Source: Methanocaldococcus sp. 16A (GTDB lineage Archaea; AGJL01; Methanococci; Methanococcales; Methanocaldococcaceae). Taken from it: DNA of 64,000 bases. Location of the stretch: NCBI GenBank assembly GCA_049860595.1, contig CP187551.1; one strand, written 5' to 3'. Below the pieces are notes generated by a model. That model worked only from the letters and a program-made list of their open reading frames with translations. It was not told the DNA's origin and did not search any database. Positions 1-14,705 of this stretch are shown piece by piece. A program made the translations under genes and the position numbers. Position 1 is the stretch's first letter. Each line of letters starts with the position of its first letter.

Positions 1-2850
<2,850 letters not shown>

Positions 2851-2947
2851 ATCCAGATTTCACCGGGATGTGGAAGCCTATGCATGGCCCTCATGTTTTT
2901 CAGGCCCTTCACCTGCAACTCTTTAGAGTTGCAGGCTGCATATATAG

Positions 2948-3020
2948 TGGACCCGGTGGGATTTGAACCCACGGCCTCCGGCTTGCAAGGCCGGCGCTCT
3001 CCCAGCTGAGCTACGGGCCC
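2948..3020 (-). tRNA. tRNA-Ala(UGC) in the 16S-23S spacer, CCA not encoded
   Basis: GGGCCCGTAGCTCAGCTGGGAGAGCGCCGGCC-TTGCAA-GCCGG...GGTTCAAATCCCACCGGGTCCA cloverleaf. Confidence 0.97.
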
Positions 3021-3030
3021 ACTTTCCCTA

Positions 3031-3073
3031 TGAGGCAAGCCCACGACTGGTTTGGTGCCCCGCAGCAACCAGC
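3031..3073 (-). other. 3' arm of the pre-16S processing stem (bulge-helix-bulge-like)
   Basis: Near-perfect inverted complement of 4609-4652 with an internal GGTG/CACC helix flanked by bulges. Confidence 0.85.
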
Positions 3074-3084
3074 ACTTTTTTCTC

Positions 3085-4565
<1,481 letters not shown>

Positions 4566-4608
4566 TAAGTAGGAGTACGGTCGCAAGAAAGGATAAACCT
4601 TTCTTGCG

Positions 4609-4652
4609 GCTGGTTGCTGCGGGGTTTCACCACCAGTCGTGGGCTTGCCTCA
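4609..4652 (-). other. 5' arm of the pre-16S processing stem
   Basis: Pairs with 3031-3073. Confidence 0.85.
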
Positions 4653-4710
4653 GCCCCAACCCCTTCGGATTGGGGACGCATCCTTCAAGTGCATCCTATA
4701 GTGAGGAGTT

Positions 4711-4731
4711 GTTATATGTAATGTTTTTAGG
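4711..4731 (-). promoter_or_regulatory. rRNA operon promoter (BRE/TATA-like)
   Basis: Minus strand CTAAAAACATTACATATAAC at the GC-to-AT transition upstream of the rRNA leader. Confidence 0.55.
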
Positions 4732-4812
4732 ATTAGAACAATAAGGATTAATAAATTATTAATACATGCTATTAAGAGAAATTATATTGTAAAATATTTA
4801 GAGCGTGAGATA

Positions 4813-5094
4813 ATGGACGAAATTAACATTAAAGTTGGAGATTATGTAATGTATATAAATACTGGAACAAAAGGAAAAGTAATTGACATAAGAAAGGATG
4901 AAAATGGGGATATTTGGGTTTTATTAGATAACAATTTAATGTATAGACCTCACTTATTAAGAGTTATCGACAAATCAAAAATAACAGAAAGAAAAGAAGA
5001 TATTGACGAAGTTGTTAAAAAATTAGAAAAAGAAGAATTAGACGAAGGAAAATTAACAGATATGGACTTTGGAGATGCTTGTGGAGCTGGATAA
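4813..5094 (+). CDS. DUF2098-like small methanogen protein
   Basis: 93 aa, IKVGDYVMYINTGTKGKVIDI, C-terminal ACGAG. Confidence 0.75.
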   Translation: MDEINIKVGDYVMYINTGTKGKVIDIRKDENGDIWVLLDNNLMYRPHLLRVIDKSKITERKEDIDEVVKKLEKEELDEGKLTDMDFGDACGAG

Positions 5095-5154
5095 TTCATT
5101 ATTATATCTTTAGTATAAAATTTTTCGTATCATAAACTTGATATTGGTGGTGTA

Positions 5155-6276
5155 ATGCTTTCTGACCACGAAGAGTTTTTGAGATTAGAAAAAGCAAGAA
5201 AAATTATTTTAGAAATATTGAACAAAAATGGTAGAAATGCATTATACGACCTAAGTGGACTATCTGGAGGATTTTTGATAGAAGACAAAGATAAAGATTT
5301 ATTAAATACATATATTGGAGCATCTTATTTTACAGAAAAAGTTAATGAATATGGTTTAAAACATTTAGGTGGAAACGAAGATGACAAATGTGTTGCTTTT
5401 AATAGAACCTCATCTGCAATTTTAGCTACCATATTGGCATTAAAACCAAAAAAAGTTATACATTATTTACCAGAACTACCAGGACATCCGTCAATAGAAA
5501 GAAGTTGTAAAATCATCAATGCTGAGTATTTCGAGTCAGATAATATAAACGAAATCTTAAATAAAATAGATAAAGATACTTTAGTTATTATCACTGGCTC
5601 AACAATGGATTTAAAAGTCATTGAACTTGAAAACTTTAAAAAAGTTATTAATACAGCTAAAAATAAAGGAGCTATTGTCTTTGTTGATGACGCTTCTGGG
5701 GCAAGAGTTAGATTGCTATTCAATCAACCCCCAGCATTAAAGTTAGGAGCTGATTTAGTAGTTACAAGCACAGATAAACTTATGGATGGTCCGAGAGGAG
5801 GTCTATTAGCAGGAAAGAAAGAACTTGTTAATAAAATATATATTGAGGGGACTAAGTTTGGTTTAGAAGCTCAACCTCCATTATTAGCTGGCATATATAG
5901 AGCTTTAAAAAACTTTGACTTAGATAAAATTAAAAGAGCATTTGAAAGGGCTAAAAATTTTGATTTGTCTAAGATTGAACAATTAAATAAAGAACTTAAA
6001 GAAGTCGATAAAAATATAGAAATAAAATATGAAAAAACCCCAACAGGATTTGTAATAAAAAAAGTTCATAGAAATGCAGAAATAAATATCAAAAAACTTG
6101 TTGAGATTGGATTTAATTTGTTAGAAAAGTATAAAATTATAACCATAACTGTAGCTGGTATGCCAGGAGCCAGTAAAAGTTTAAGGATTGATTTAACATC
6201 AAAAGATGCTGAAAGGATTGATGATGATTATATTATAAATGCCATTGTAGATTCAATAAAATTATCTTTTAAATAA
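5155..6276 (+). CDS. PLP-dependent SelA-like protein (MJ0158 / TIGR03576 family)
   Basis: VDDASGAR and [14 protein letters not shown] (PLP lysine); synteny. Confidence 0.85.
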   Translation: MLSDHEEFLRLEKARKIILEILNKNGRNALYDLSGLSGGFLIEDKDKDLLNTYIGASYFTEKVNEYGLKHLGGNEDDKCVAFNRTSSAILATILALKPKKVIHYLPELPGHPSIERSCKIINAEYFESDNINEILNKIDKDTLVIITGSTMDLKVIELENFKKVINTAKNKGAIVFVDDASGARVRLLFNQPPALKLGADLVVTSTDKLMDGPRGGLLAGKKELVNKIYIEGTKFGLEAQPPLLAGIYRALKNFDLDKIKRAFERAKNFDLSKIEQLNKELKEVDKNIEIKYEKTPTGFVIKKVHRNAEINIKKLVEIGFNLLEKYKIITITVAGMPGASKSLRIDLTSKDAERIDDDYIINAIVDSIKLSFK

Positions 6277-6319
6277 TGTATAAATTAATTATCTGAATTT
6301 AGAAATAGGTTATAATGTT

Positions 6320-6357
6320 TTAAAAATCTTTATAATGCTTTAAATCCGAAAATTTAA
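6320..6357. repeat. Direct duplication of the nrpR 3' end (34/38 identical to 6458-6495)
   Basis: ttaaaaatctttataatgctttaaatccgaaaatttaa vs ttaaaaatccctataaccctttaaatccgaaaatttaa. Confidence 0.9.
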
Positions 6358-6362
6358 GCAAC

Positions 6363-6432
6363 CATAGGGCTTTGCCCTATTGGTATCCCTCTCAATGAGA
6401 AGTATAGCAATTGGAGATGAAACCCCCTATAG
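6363..6432. mobile_element. Palindromic repeat family C element (MJRE-like)
   Basis: Left end CATAGGGCTTTGCCCTATTGGTAT; degenerate right end GTATAGCAAT...CCCCTATAG. Confidence 0.7.
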
Positions 6433-6457
6433 TTACAAATACCCATCAATCTACCGC

Positions 6458-8077
6458 TTAAAAATCCCTATAACCCTTTAAATCCGAAAATTTAACGACT
6501 TCATGCATAGCTCTTAATTCAATTGGAATTTCATTCTCTTTTAATAACACTAATGGATTTATTCCTCCTATTGTTACAACTCCACACATGTCTTTATTTA
6601 CATTAATACCATAAAGCTCATTGTTTGGCTCTCCTATAGTTTTAATACCATTCCAATTTAATCTCTTTAAAACTTCCTCTAATTTCTCTCTTGCAACTCT
6701 ATGCACTTCTCTAAAGCCAGCTAAGAATGTCTTTTCACAATCAACAAAGTTGAAGAAAACTTCATGTGGGTCTAATGATGAACCATCATAACCAATTATA
6801 TCTATAAATCTCTCTTTATCTTCAGTTATTTCCAAAACTCCACCATATCTTGGAATTGTTGGAACTGAGTTTCTTAAAAATATTCCATCCAAGGTTACTG
6901 CACAGACTGTTTGAATTTTTATTTTATTGTTCTCTTCTACTATTCCAAATCTATCAGATATTCCTAATCCCTTTTTGTAAGCTTCTTTTAATAAGTCCAA
7001 TGCCTCATCAAGGTATTTTTTATCAATATATGCAATATTTACAACAACATCTCCATCTCCTTCATCTATATCGTAGGTTACTTTTGCCATTGCATTGAAC
7101 ATTTTTGATAGAGCAGTTTTTATTCTTATATTCGCTTTTTTTGTTATAATATCTCTTGGATTTTTCTTAACTTTGTGTAAAGACTCTAATCTAACAATTG
7201 AAGACATTGGAGATATCTCTACACAATAGTTGTTTTCAACAAATGGAGCTATTGGTGTTAAACCTCCAATTAAAGCTACACCAACTTTATCATCCCCAAC
7301 ATCTAAACCTAAAACATTCTCTGTTCCATAACTGATGATACATTTTAGTTCATCCTTCTCTAATATACTTTTGAACCTTTCCAAAAATTCAACACCAAAA
7401 CATCTAAAGTTTGCTGGTAAATAACCTTCTCCATTCTCTATAATTCCAATAACATCCGTTTCTTTCTTTTCAATGAATGCTCTTAATGGGTCTATTGATG
7501 TGGATTTATATTTTATGATTTCTTTAAATTCTACAGGCTTTCCATCTTCATATTTTACAATTCCCGCACACACATGAAGCGGGAAAATTCCATTCTGCAA
7601 GAGTATATTATCAAAGTTTAGTGAGCAGAGTGTATTTATTTCTACAAATTTTTCTCTATCCATAACTCCAACTCTATCTCCAACGGCCAAACCTGACTCA
7701 TAGACGCTCTTTATTATTTTTAGTGCATCGTTAAAATCCGCATAAACCTGACATCTATTTATAACAACGTATCCAAACCTGTAATTGGCAGATATCGTCT
7801 TCTCAAGTATATTTGAATAGATACTTCCTAATCTATAGGATATATTTGCCTTTTCTAACTCTTCCAAACCTCTCTCAGTTATAACCCTTCCAGCATAACC
7901 AACTTTTTTTGTTAATTTCATACCATCCAATAACTTTAAATGGTATCTAACTGCCCTCTCTCCAATTTTATATCCTCTCTTATTAAGTTCTTTAGCTATA
8001 ATCTTAGCCCCTACTGGTTCTTTTGATTTGGATAAAATATCTAAAATCTCAATTAATTTTCTATCAAGGTCTGCCAT
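6458..8077 (-). CDS. nrpR: Global nitrogen regulator NrpR (wHTH plus two NRD domains)
   Basis: N-terminal wHTH IGERAVRYHL; duplicated NRD motifs (GGLTPIA / GGINPLV); RBS AGGTGA before ATG 8077. Confidence 0.93.
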   Translation of the reverse strand: MADLDRKLIEILDILSKSKEPVGAKIIAKELNKRGYKIGERAVRYHLKLLDGMKLTKKVGYAGRVITERGLEELEKANISYRLGSIYSNILEKTISANYRFGYVVINRCQVYADFNDALKIIKSVYESGLAVGDRVGVMDREKFVEINTLCSLNFDNILLQNGIFPLHVCAGIVKYEDGKPVEFKEIIKYKSTSIDPLRAFIEKKETDVIGIIENGEGYLPANFRCFGVEFLERFKSILEKDELKCIISYGTENVLGLDVGDDKVGVALIGGLTPIAPFVENNYCVEISPMSSIVRLESLHKVKKNPRDIITKKANIRIKTALSKMFNAMAKVTYDIDEGDGDVVVNIAYIDKKYLDEALDLLKEAYKKGLGISDRFGIVEENNKIKIQTVCAVTLDGIFLRNSVPTIPRYGGVLEITEDKERFIDIIGYDGSSLDPHEVFFNFVDCEKTFLAGFREVHRVAREKLEEVLKRLNWNGIKTIGEPNNELYGINVNKDMCGVVTIGGINPLVLLKENEIPIELRAMHEVVKFSDLKGYRDF

Positions 8078-8096
8078 TTTTCTCACCTAAAAAATA

Positions 8097-8212
8097 TAAG
8101 ACTTTCGCAGTTTATATAATTTTAATGAATATTTTAATGAATATATCGAGAATAATATTTTTTATTAGACAGATAATTAATGATGCTATATTTATTCCTG
8201 CAAAACTCCCTA
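8097..8212. mobile_element. MITE-like palindromic repeat family A (degenerate)
   Basis: AGACTTTCGCAGTTTATATA ... TTTATTCCTGCAAAACTCCCTA. Confidence 0.65.
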
Positions 8213-8250
8213 ATATAAAAAATTAAAAAATTTAAAAAAATAACAAACAA

Positions 8251-9657
8251 TTATTTATCTAATCTCTCTTTTAATAACTCAATAACTCTCTTAGGCTCTG
8301 CTCTTCCTCTTGTTAATCTCATTACCTGCCCCATTAAGAAATTTAAAGCCTCTTTTTTACCGCTTAAATAATCTTCAACAGCCTTTGGATTGTTTTTAAT
8401 AGCTTCCTCAACCGCTTTAACTAAAGCGTCTTCATCTTTAATAACAGTCAATCCTAGTTCTTCAACTATCTGTTTTGGCATCTTGCTTCCTCTATTTATA
8501 ACCAACAAATCTACAATCTCTTTAGCTATTTTTTGAGATATAACACCCTCCTTAATTAGTTTTATTAATTCAACTATATGCTCTGCCTTAACTCCACTTT
8601 CATACAAATCTACTTTATGATACTGCAAACTTCTTTTTAACTCATTTCTAATCCAAGTTACGGCTAAATCAACATTCTCTCTATTAACTCCTAAAGATTT
8701 AACAACTTCCTCAAACATCTCAGCCATATCTAAGTCAGAAACTAATACCTTAGCATCTTCCTCATCTATACCATATTCCTCAATAAATCTCTTCTTCTTA
8801 GCTAATGGAGTTTCTGGCATCATTTCCTCAATCTCTTTAACCCACTCCTCAGAAATAACTATTGGCTGAATGTCAGGGTCTGGAATGTATCTATAATCTT
8901 CAGCTGTTTCTTTACTTCTCATTGCTTTGGTTATCATCTGACTCTCTAAGAAAGCCCTTGTCTCTCTTTTAATTTCTCCCCCTCTTTTAATAATGTTTTT
9001 CTGTCTAATTACTTCATACTTTAGAACTTTATAAACCCCTTTAATTGAGTTGACGTTTTTAACCTCAACTCTATTTCCTTGAACGCCCATGTATTCAATA
9101 GAAATGTTTACATCAGCCCTCATTGTTCCTTCTCCTCTTAAACATCCGAGGTATCTAAATAAAGTCATTAATTGCTTTAAAAATTCTCTTGCCTCTTCTG
9201 GGCTTTTTATATCCGGTTTTGTAACAATCTCAATTAGTGGTGTACCACTTCTGTTATAATCAACAATTCCAAAACTTGGGTTGTATTGCCCAGGGTCTTC
9301 TTCTAAGTGAACTTCAGCAATTCCAATACCCATAAACTCTCCATCTACACCGATAGGTGTTGAAGTTCTCTGATAACCGCTTGGTAAATCAGGATAATCA
9401 TAATGTTTTCTTTGGAAGTATATATCTTTATCAACAACTATTTTACATCCAAGCATTTTTGCTACCATTATAGCTACTTCTACTGCCTTTTTGTTTGGTG
9501 GTAGTGGCTTTGCTCCTGGTAATCCCAAACAAACTGGACAAACATTCGTGTTGGGTTCAGCATCTAAATAGTTTGTTGAACAATTACAGAACAATTTTGA
9601 TTTTGTATCAATTTGAACGTGTATCTCCAAACCACACTTCATTTTAACATCGTCCAT
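8251..9657 (-). CDS. gatB: Asp-tRNA(Asn)/Glu-tRNA(Gln) amidotransferase subunit B
   Basis: GLEIHVQI, CPVCLGLPG, YPDLP, HLEEDPG, DYNRSGTPLIEIVT. Confidence 0.97.
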   Translation of the reverse strand: MDDVKMKCGLEIHVQIDTKSKLFCNCSTNYLDAEPNTNVCPVCLGLPGAKPLPPNKKAVEVAIMVAKMLGCKIVVDKDIYFQRKHYDYPDLPSGYQRTSTPIGVDGEFMGIGIAEVHLEEDPGQYNPSFGIVDYNRSGTPLIEIVTKPDIKSPEEAREFLKQLMTLFRYLGCLRGEGTMRADVNISIEYMGVQGNRVEVKNVNSIKGVYKVLKYEVIRQKNIIKRGGEIKRETRAFLESQMITKAMRSKETAEDYRYIPDPDIQPIVISEEWVKEIEEMMPETPLAKKKRFIEEYGIDEEDAKVLVSDLDMAEMFEEVVKSLGVNRENVDLAVTWIRNELKRSLQYHKVDLYESGVKAEHIVELIKLIKEGVISQKIAKEIVDLLVINRGSKMPKQIVEELGLTVIKDEDALVKAVEEAIKNNPKAVEDYLSGKKEALNFLMGQVMRLTRGRAEPKRVIELLKERLDK

Positions 9658-9821
9658 TCCCTTCACCCAAAAAAATTGGTTTTTTTAATTTTAATTAATG
9701 TCTTATTCATCATTAATATAATAATTAATGAACTTTGAACATCCTAGCATCATAAATACCCTTATAACATAAAAATTGTGAATGTGAAAGTCCTATCTAA
9801 TTATCTTATAATTTCAAAAGA

Positions 9822-10340
9822 TTAACTCTTTGGCTTTAAGACCTTTGGACCTCTTGCTAATGCAGTAATCCCAGTTCTTGCCATCTCCTTAATCCCCAAT
9901 GGTTTTACTAATTCAATAAATGCGTTTATCTTATCTTCACTACCTGTTATCTCAACAATTAAAGATTCAGGACTTAAATCTACAACATTTCCTCTAAATA
10001 TACTTGTATATTGAATAACTTGAGATTTAGCACTCTCTGTTGGTGCATATATTTTTATTAGGCAGAGCTCTCTCTGGACAGATTTCTTTTCCTCTAACTC
10101 ACTAACTTTTATAACATCAATTAATTTATTGAGTTGTTTGACAACCTGCTCTAATATCTTATCATCACCATTAACAACTATCGTAACCCTTGAAATTTGT
10201 GGATTCTCAGTTATTCCAACTGTAATACTTGAAATATTAAACCCTCTCCTAGTAAATAATCCTGAAATTCTCTGTAAGACTCCTGGTTTGTTTAAAACTA
10301 ATGCGGAGATAACATGCCTATGTTCCATTATCTTCACCAA
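9822..10340 (-). CDS. ilvN: Acetolactate synthase small (regulatory) subunit
   Basis: ACT domain [26 protein letters not shown]. Confidence 0.96.
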   Translation of the reverse strand: MVKIMEHRHVISALVLNKPGVLQRISGLFTRRGFNISSITVGITENPQISRVTIVVNGDDKILEQVVKQLNKLIDVIKVSELEEKKSVQRELCLIKIYAPTESAKSQVIQYTSIFRGNVVDLSPESLIVEITGSEDKINAFIELVKPLGIKEMARTGITALARGPKVLKPKS

Positions 10341-10479
10341 TATCTTTTATAGTAAGATTTATAAAATAATAAAATAGATGCTTTATAAGTCTATAGTAGC
10401 TTTACCCTATTTAGTTATATTATGAACTTTCCATTACCTTGTCCTAATGGTCCTTTTTAGTTTTAATATTTAATTTAAA

Positions 10480-10571
10480 TAGGACTTCCGCAGAGATGAG
10501 TATTGAGAGGCATTTCTGATGCCTTTGGCAACATTTTTCCTTATTAAATATTATAAACTACGAAAGTCCTA
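10480..10571. mobile_element. MITE-like repeat family A
   Basis: TAGGACTTCCGCAG...GATGCCTTTGGCA...TATAAACTACGAAAGTCCTA. Confidence 0.8.
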
Positions 10572-10647
10572 TTAACTTTCTGTTTCTTATTTCTTTTGCC
10601 TTAGGGTAAATAGGATTTATTAAAAAAATATATATATAATTTTTGGG

Positions 10648-11922
10648 ATGGTAAACATGGTTTTATTAAAATTTCATGGAGGTTGTCAGCAAATTGGGAT
10701 GAGTTGTGTTGAAGTAGAAACACAGAAAGGAAGAGTATTGTTAGATTGTGGTATGTCCCCAGATAGTGGAGAAATTCCTAAGTTAGATGATAAAGCAATA
10801 GATGCTGTTATCATCTCTCATGCCCATCTTGACCACTGTGGGGCAATTCCATTCTATAAATTTAAAAAGATTTATTGCACACATCCAACAGCTGATTTAA
10901 TGTTTATAACTTGGAGAGATACTTTAAATTTAACAAAAGCTTATAGTGAGGAAGATATTCAGCAGGCAATGGAAAGTCTTGAATGTTTAAATTATTATGA
11001 AGAGAAGATAATTAATGATAATATAAAATTCAAATTCTACAATGCAGGGCATATATTGGGTAGTGCTTCCATATACTTAGAGGTAGAAGGGAAAAAAATT
11101 CTATATACAGGAGATATAAACGAAGGAGTTTCAAGAACTCTACTTCCAGCAGATACAGATATTGATGAGATTGATGTTTTAATTATAGAATCTACCTACG
11201 GCTCTCCATTAGATATAAAGCCAGCAAGGAAAACATTAGAAAAGCAGTTAATTGATGAAATATCTGAAACAATAGAAAACGGAGGAAAAGTAATAATCCC
11301 TGTTTTTGCTATTGGTAGGGCTCAGGAAATTTTGCTAATATTAAACAACTATATGAGAAGTGGGAGGTTAAAAGAAGTGCCTATTTACACAGATGGCTCT
11401 TTAATTCATGCAACTGCCGTTTATCTAAGTTATGTAAATTGGCTAAATCCAAAAATAAAAAATATGGTTGAGAATAGAATTAACCCATTTGGAGATGTAA
11501 AAAAGGCTGATGAGAGCTTAGTGTTTAACAAAGAACCCTGCATTATTGTCTCAACTTCGGGAATGGTCCAAGGAGGTCCTGTATTAAAATATCTAAAATT
11601 ATTAAAAGACCCGAAAAATAAGCTTATATTAACTGGTTATCAGGCAGAGGGAACATTAGGAAGGGAATTAGAGGAAGGAGTTAAAGAAATACAACCATTT
11701 AAAAATAAAATCCCTGTTAGGGGAAAGGTTGTTAAAATAGAGTTTTCAGCTCATGGGGATTACAACTCCTTAGTAAGATATATAAAAAAGATTCCTAAAC
11801 CAGAAAAAGCTATAGTTATGCATGGGGAGAGGTATCAATCACTATCATTTGCAATGACTATCTGGAAAACTTTAAAAATTCCCACATATGTTCCAGTTAA
11901 GGGAACCATACTACCAATATAA
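10648..11922 (+). CDS. MBL-fold beta-CASP ribonuclease (CPSF-like, no KH domains)
   Basis: SHAHLDHCG, AGHILGS, YTGD, ESTYG, FSAH, MHGE. Confidence 0.92.
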   Translation: MVNMVLLKFHGGCQQIGMSCVEVETQKGRVLLDCGMSPDSGEIPKLDDKAIDAVIISHAHLDHCGAIPFYKFKKIYCTHPTADLMFITWRDTLNLTKAYSEEDIQQAMESLECLNYYEEKIINDNIKFKFYNAGHILGSASIYLEVEGKKILYTGDINEGVSRTLLPADTDIDEIDVLIIESTYGSPLDIKPARKTLEKQLIDEISETIENGGKVIIPVFAIGRAQEILLILNNYMRSGRLKEVPIYTDGSLIHATAVYLSYVNWLNPKIKNMVENRINPFGDVKKADESLVFNKEPCIIVSTSGMVQGGPVLKYLKLLKDPKNKLILTGYQAEGTLGRELEEGVKEIQPFKNKIPVRGKVVKIEFSAHGDYNSLVRYIKKIPKPEKAIVMHGERYQSLSFAMTIWKTLKIPTYVPVKGTILPI

Positions 11923-11929
11923 AATTTAA

Positions 11930-11948
11930 TAGGACTTTCGCAGTTTAT
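11930..11948. repeat. Solo end of family A repeat
   Basis: TAGGACTTTCGCAGTTTAT with no partner end. Confidence 0.7.
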
Positions 11949-12004
11949 TGAGTAATGATTAAAAAAATAAATTAAAAAATAAATAAATTATACTTATACT
12001 AAAG

Positions 12005-12571
12005 TTAACTGCTCAATAATAGTCTCCCTTCAGGAATATCATTTTCTATTGTTTCAATATTCGCGAAATATTTCTCAAGAACATTATATATTTTCCTAAT
12101 GATTTCTTTCTCTTCTAAAACATCAAGCATTATCTTTGACTCTATAATAAGATATAAATTTTCGCCATGAAGATTTAACGGATAGATGTGAATATATGCA
12201 TCATCTTTTTGTATTATAATCTTTTTAACATTGTCATGAAACTTTTTAATATATTCAAATATCCCAAGTCCAATAGCCCCAATATTTTCTGCATTCTTTA
12301 ATGTAGATGCTATAATTAGTCCTTCGTCGCTAACAACAATAATATCTTCTATATCATAAGAAAGAGCCACTTCAACTAAATCAAATTCTTTTGTATATTC
12401 TTTACTCTCATCTGGAGCCACATAGGGTTTTAATTCTTTGAGGTTTTCAACAATTTCCATCTCAATAAGCTTATACGTTTTCTTTTTTTCTTTCTCCTTA
12501 TAGTAATAAACCCCCACTCCAATAACCACCCCCAATATAAATAAAATTAAAAATAAAATTGTTGCATCCAT
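12005..12571 (-). CDS. Membrane-anchored roadblock/LC7 (MglB-like) protein
   Basis: N-terminal TM helix; IEDIIVVSDEGLIIAS roadblock signature. Confidence 0.7.
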   Translation of the reverse strand: MDATILFLILFILGVVIGVGVYYYKEKEKKKTYKLIEMEIVENLKELKPYVAPDESKEYTKEFDLVEVALSYDIEDIIVVSDEGLIIASTLKNAENIGAIGLGIFEYIKKFHDNVKKIIIQKDDAYIHIYPLNLHGENLYLIIESKIMLDVLEEKEIIRKIYNVLEKYFANIETIENDIPEGRLLLSS

Positions 12572-12620
12572 AGTACGACCTCTTCTTATTTTATTATCTT
12601 ATTTTATTTATTAAAATTTA

Positions 12621-13811
12621 TTACTCAATATTAATTGATATCCTTGATGTATATTTGGAAAGATACTTTTTTATAACATTATCGATTTCAAATTTAACAA
12701 TTGATGGGTCTACATCTTTTTTAATAATCCCCAAAATTTTTTTCCTTTTTACATTAACATCTCCAAATATAAAGTATCTTCCATTTTCCCATTTAACATT
12801 TATATCTGGCTTAACATCATCAACACCATCAATATTTTTTAGTTTTTCAATTATTTCTTTTTCTATTTTTTTCTTTAAGTCTTGTAGTTCCTCATCACTG
12901 GGTTTAACAAAATCTTCTAATATTGCTTCTATCCAATTCTCATCAGGATCTTTTAATCCTAATTTTTTTAGTAGTTCTTCTCTTGATAATTCAGCTTCTT
13001 CCTCTTCAACTTTGCCTAAACTACTATCAGTTTCAGATATAGAAACACTATCCTGTTCCATCTTTCTATCTATTTCTTTTTTGATTTCTTTCTTTTCATC
13101 TTCAATCTTCATCTCAGGATACATATCTAATAAAACATTTAACTTCTTTTCATCATATTCATAAACATCAATAACCGTATTTTCATCAATTAACATCTGC
13201 TTTATCTTTTTATATGCATCTTTCCCAAGTAAAACCCCATGATTGCACTCATAAGCCGCTGCTATAGGAGTTTTTCCATTATATATAATATAACCGTTTT
13301 CGAACATTCCTGATATTTTTCTATATGCATTTATAATAATATATTTGTTATCATTTAGATATGCCTCAAAATCCTTCACATTCATTTCAACAGGAACACC
13401 CAATGGAACATTCAATTTTATGTTTAGATATTTTTCCTCAGCAATATCTTCTACTTTCTTTTCTTCTTTATCTTCTCTTTTTTTAGTTTTCTTTATTATA
13501 AATATTTCTGGATATAACCATTTCATTAGATTTAACTTATCTTTATCATATCTATAAAGTTCTATAACCTTATTTTCATGATTTAATAATTCAAGAACTT
13601 TTTCAGCATTTCCACAAATATCCTCTGAGTTATTATCAGTATAGAAGTATCCAACAATTTCCCCATTTTCAACAAATATATAACCTTCATGTAGTTTATT
13701 ATCGTGTTTAACTAAAATGAGAATATAGCCCGTTCCTAACTCTTTTATAATATCGTCAAGTTTTCCATCAGTTAATGTCTTTATTAATTCTCCCTCAATA
13801 ACTTTTATCAT
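12621..13811 (-). CDS. DUF2226 family protein with tandem PATAN/DUF4388-like repeats
   Basis: Two internal repeats ([12 protein letters not shown]...[19 protein letters not shown] / [13 protein letters not shown]...[19 protein letters not shown]); [14 protein letters not shown] motif. Confidence 0.75.
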   Translation of the reverse strand: MIKVIEGELIKTLTDGKLDDIIKELGTGYILILVKHDNKLHEGYIFVENGEIVGYFYTDNNSEDICGNAEKVLELLNHENKVIELYRYDKDKLNLMKWLYPEIFIIKKTKKREDKEEKKVEDIAEEKYLNIKLNVPLGVPVEMNVKDFEAYLNDNKYIIINAYRKISGMFENGYIIYNGKTPIAAAYECNHGVLLGKDAYKKIKQMLIDENTVIDVYEYDEKKLNVLLDMYPEMKIEDEKKEIKKEIDRKMEQDSVSISETDSSLGKVEEEEAELSREELLKKLGLKDPDENWIEAILEDFVKPSDEELQDLKKKIEKEIIEKLKNIDGVDDVKPDINVKWENGRYFIFGDVNVKRKKILGIIKKDVDPSIVKFEIDNVIKKYLSKYTSRISINIE

Positions 13812-13896
13812 AATTTCCCTCATTCGTCTTTATGCTATTATTCACATGATACAAAGTTATTATATATTTGATTAGAAAAAATTATAATATTTATAT

Positions 13897-14667
13897 TTAT
13901 CTATATATCTTTTTAGCTATTAATCCTGCAAAAACCCCTGCTCCAAATCCGTTATCAATATTTACAACTGCTATGCCTGGAGAGCATGTATGTAACATTG
14001 TCAGCAGAGGAGTTATTTTTATCCCATAAGATGTTGATGTCGGCACTCCAATAACTGGAATATCAACCATAGACGCTACTACTGAAGGTAGGGCTCCTTC
14101 CATTCCAGCAACAACAATAACACAACAAACGTCTTCTTCAATCATTCTTTTTAGGGCTGGAAACAACCTATGAATACCTGCAATTCCTACATCATAGAAT
14201 GTTATAGCTTCAACTCCCATAACTTCCAAAGTATCTTTCGCCTCCTCCGCTATTGGAATATCTGAAGTTCCTGCCGTTAATATACCCACTTTGCCTATTT
14301 TTTTAATTTCATAATTTTTATTTTTTATTATTAATGTTTTAGCTTTTTTATTAATTTTTATATGATAGTTTTTTAAATCATACTTTCTAATTTCGTCACT
14401 AAGTTTTTCTATATCCTCTATTTTAGTCGCTAAAGCAATGCCATTTTTTTCTGCAAGTTTTAATGTAGCTCTAATTATTTCTTCTATATCTTTTCCTTTA
14501 CCATAAACAACTTCTGGAACTCCAGTTCTGAACTGCCTATTAACATCCAATTTCAATTTATCCTCAATCTCCTCAAAATAATTAAGTTTTATGATTTTTT
14601 CCATTTCTTCTAAGCTAATTTCTCCATTTTTAAATGCCAAAAGTAAATCTTTTAGACTCTTTCCCAT
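13897..14667 (-). CDS. larB: LarB / AIR-carboxylase-like NPN cofactor biosynthesis protein
   Basis: RTGVPEVVYGKGK, AGTSDIP, DVGIAGIHRL, VAGMEGALPS, NIDNGFGA; start moved to ATG 14667 because the upstream extension lies in a repeat. Confidence 0.9.
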   Translation of the reverse strand: MGKSLKDLLLAFKNGEISLEEMEKIIKLNYFEEIEDKLKLDVNRQFRTGVPEVVYGKGKDIEEIIRATLKLAEKNGIALATKIEDIEKLSDEIRKYDLKNYHIKINKKAKTLIIKNKNYEIKKIGKVGILTAGTSDIPIAEEAKDTLEVMGVEAITFYDVGIAGIHRLFPALKRMIEEDVCCVIVVAGMEGALPSVVASMVDIPVIGVPTSTSYGIKITPLLTMLHTCSPGIAVVNIDNGFGAGVFAGLIAKKIYR

Positions 14668-14705
14668 CCAATTCCCCTCCAATCTTTTAGAAAAAAGCAT
14701 TATTT

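Noticed and set aside
8078-8250. NrpR operator (GGAA-N6-TTCC) upstream of nrpR
   Set aside because: No convincing match seen by eye.
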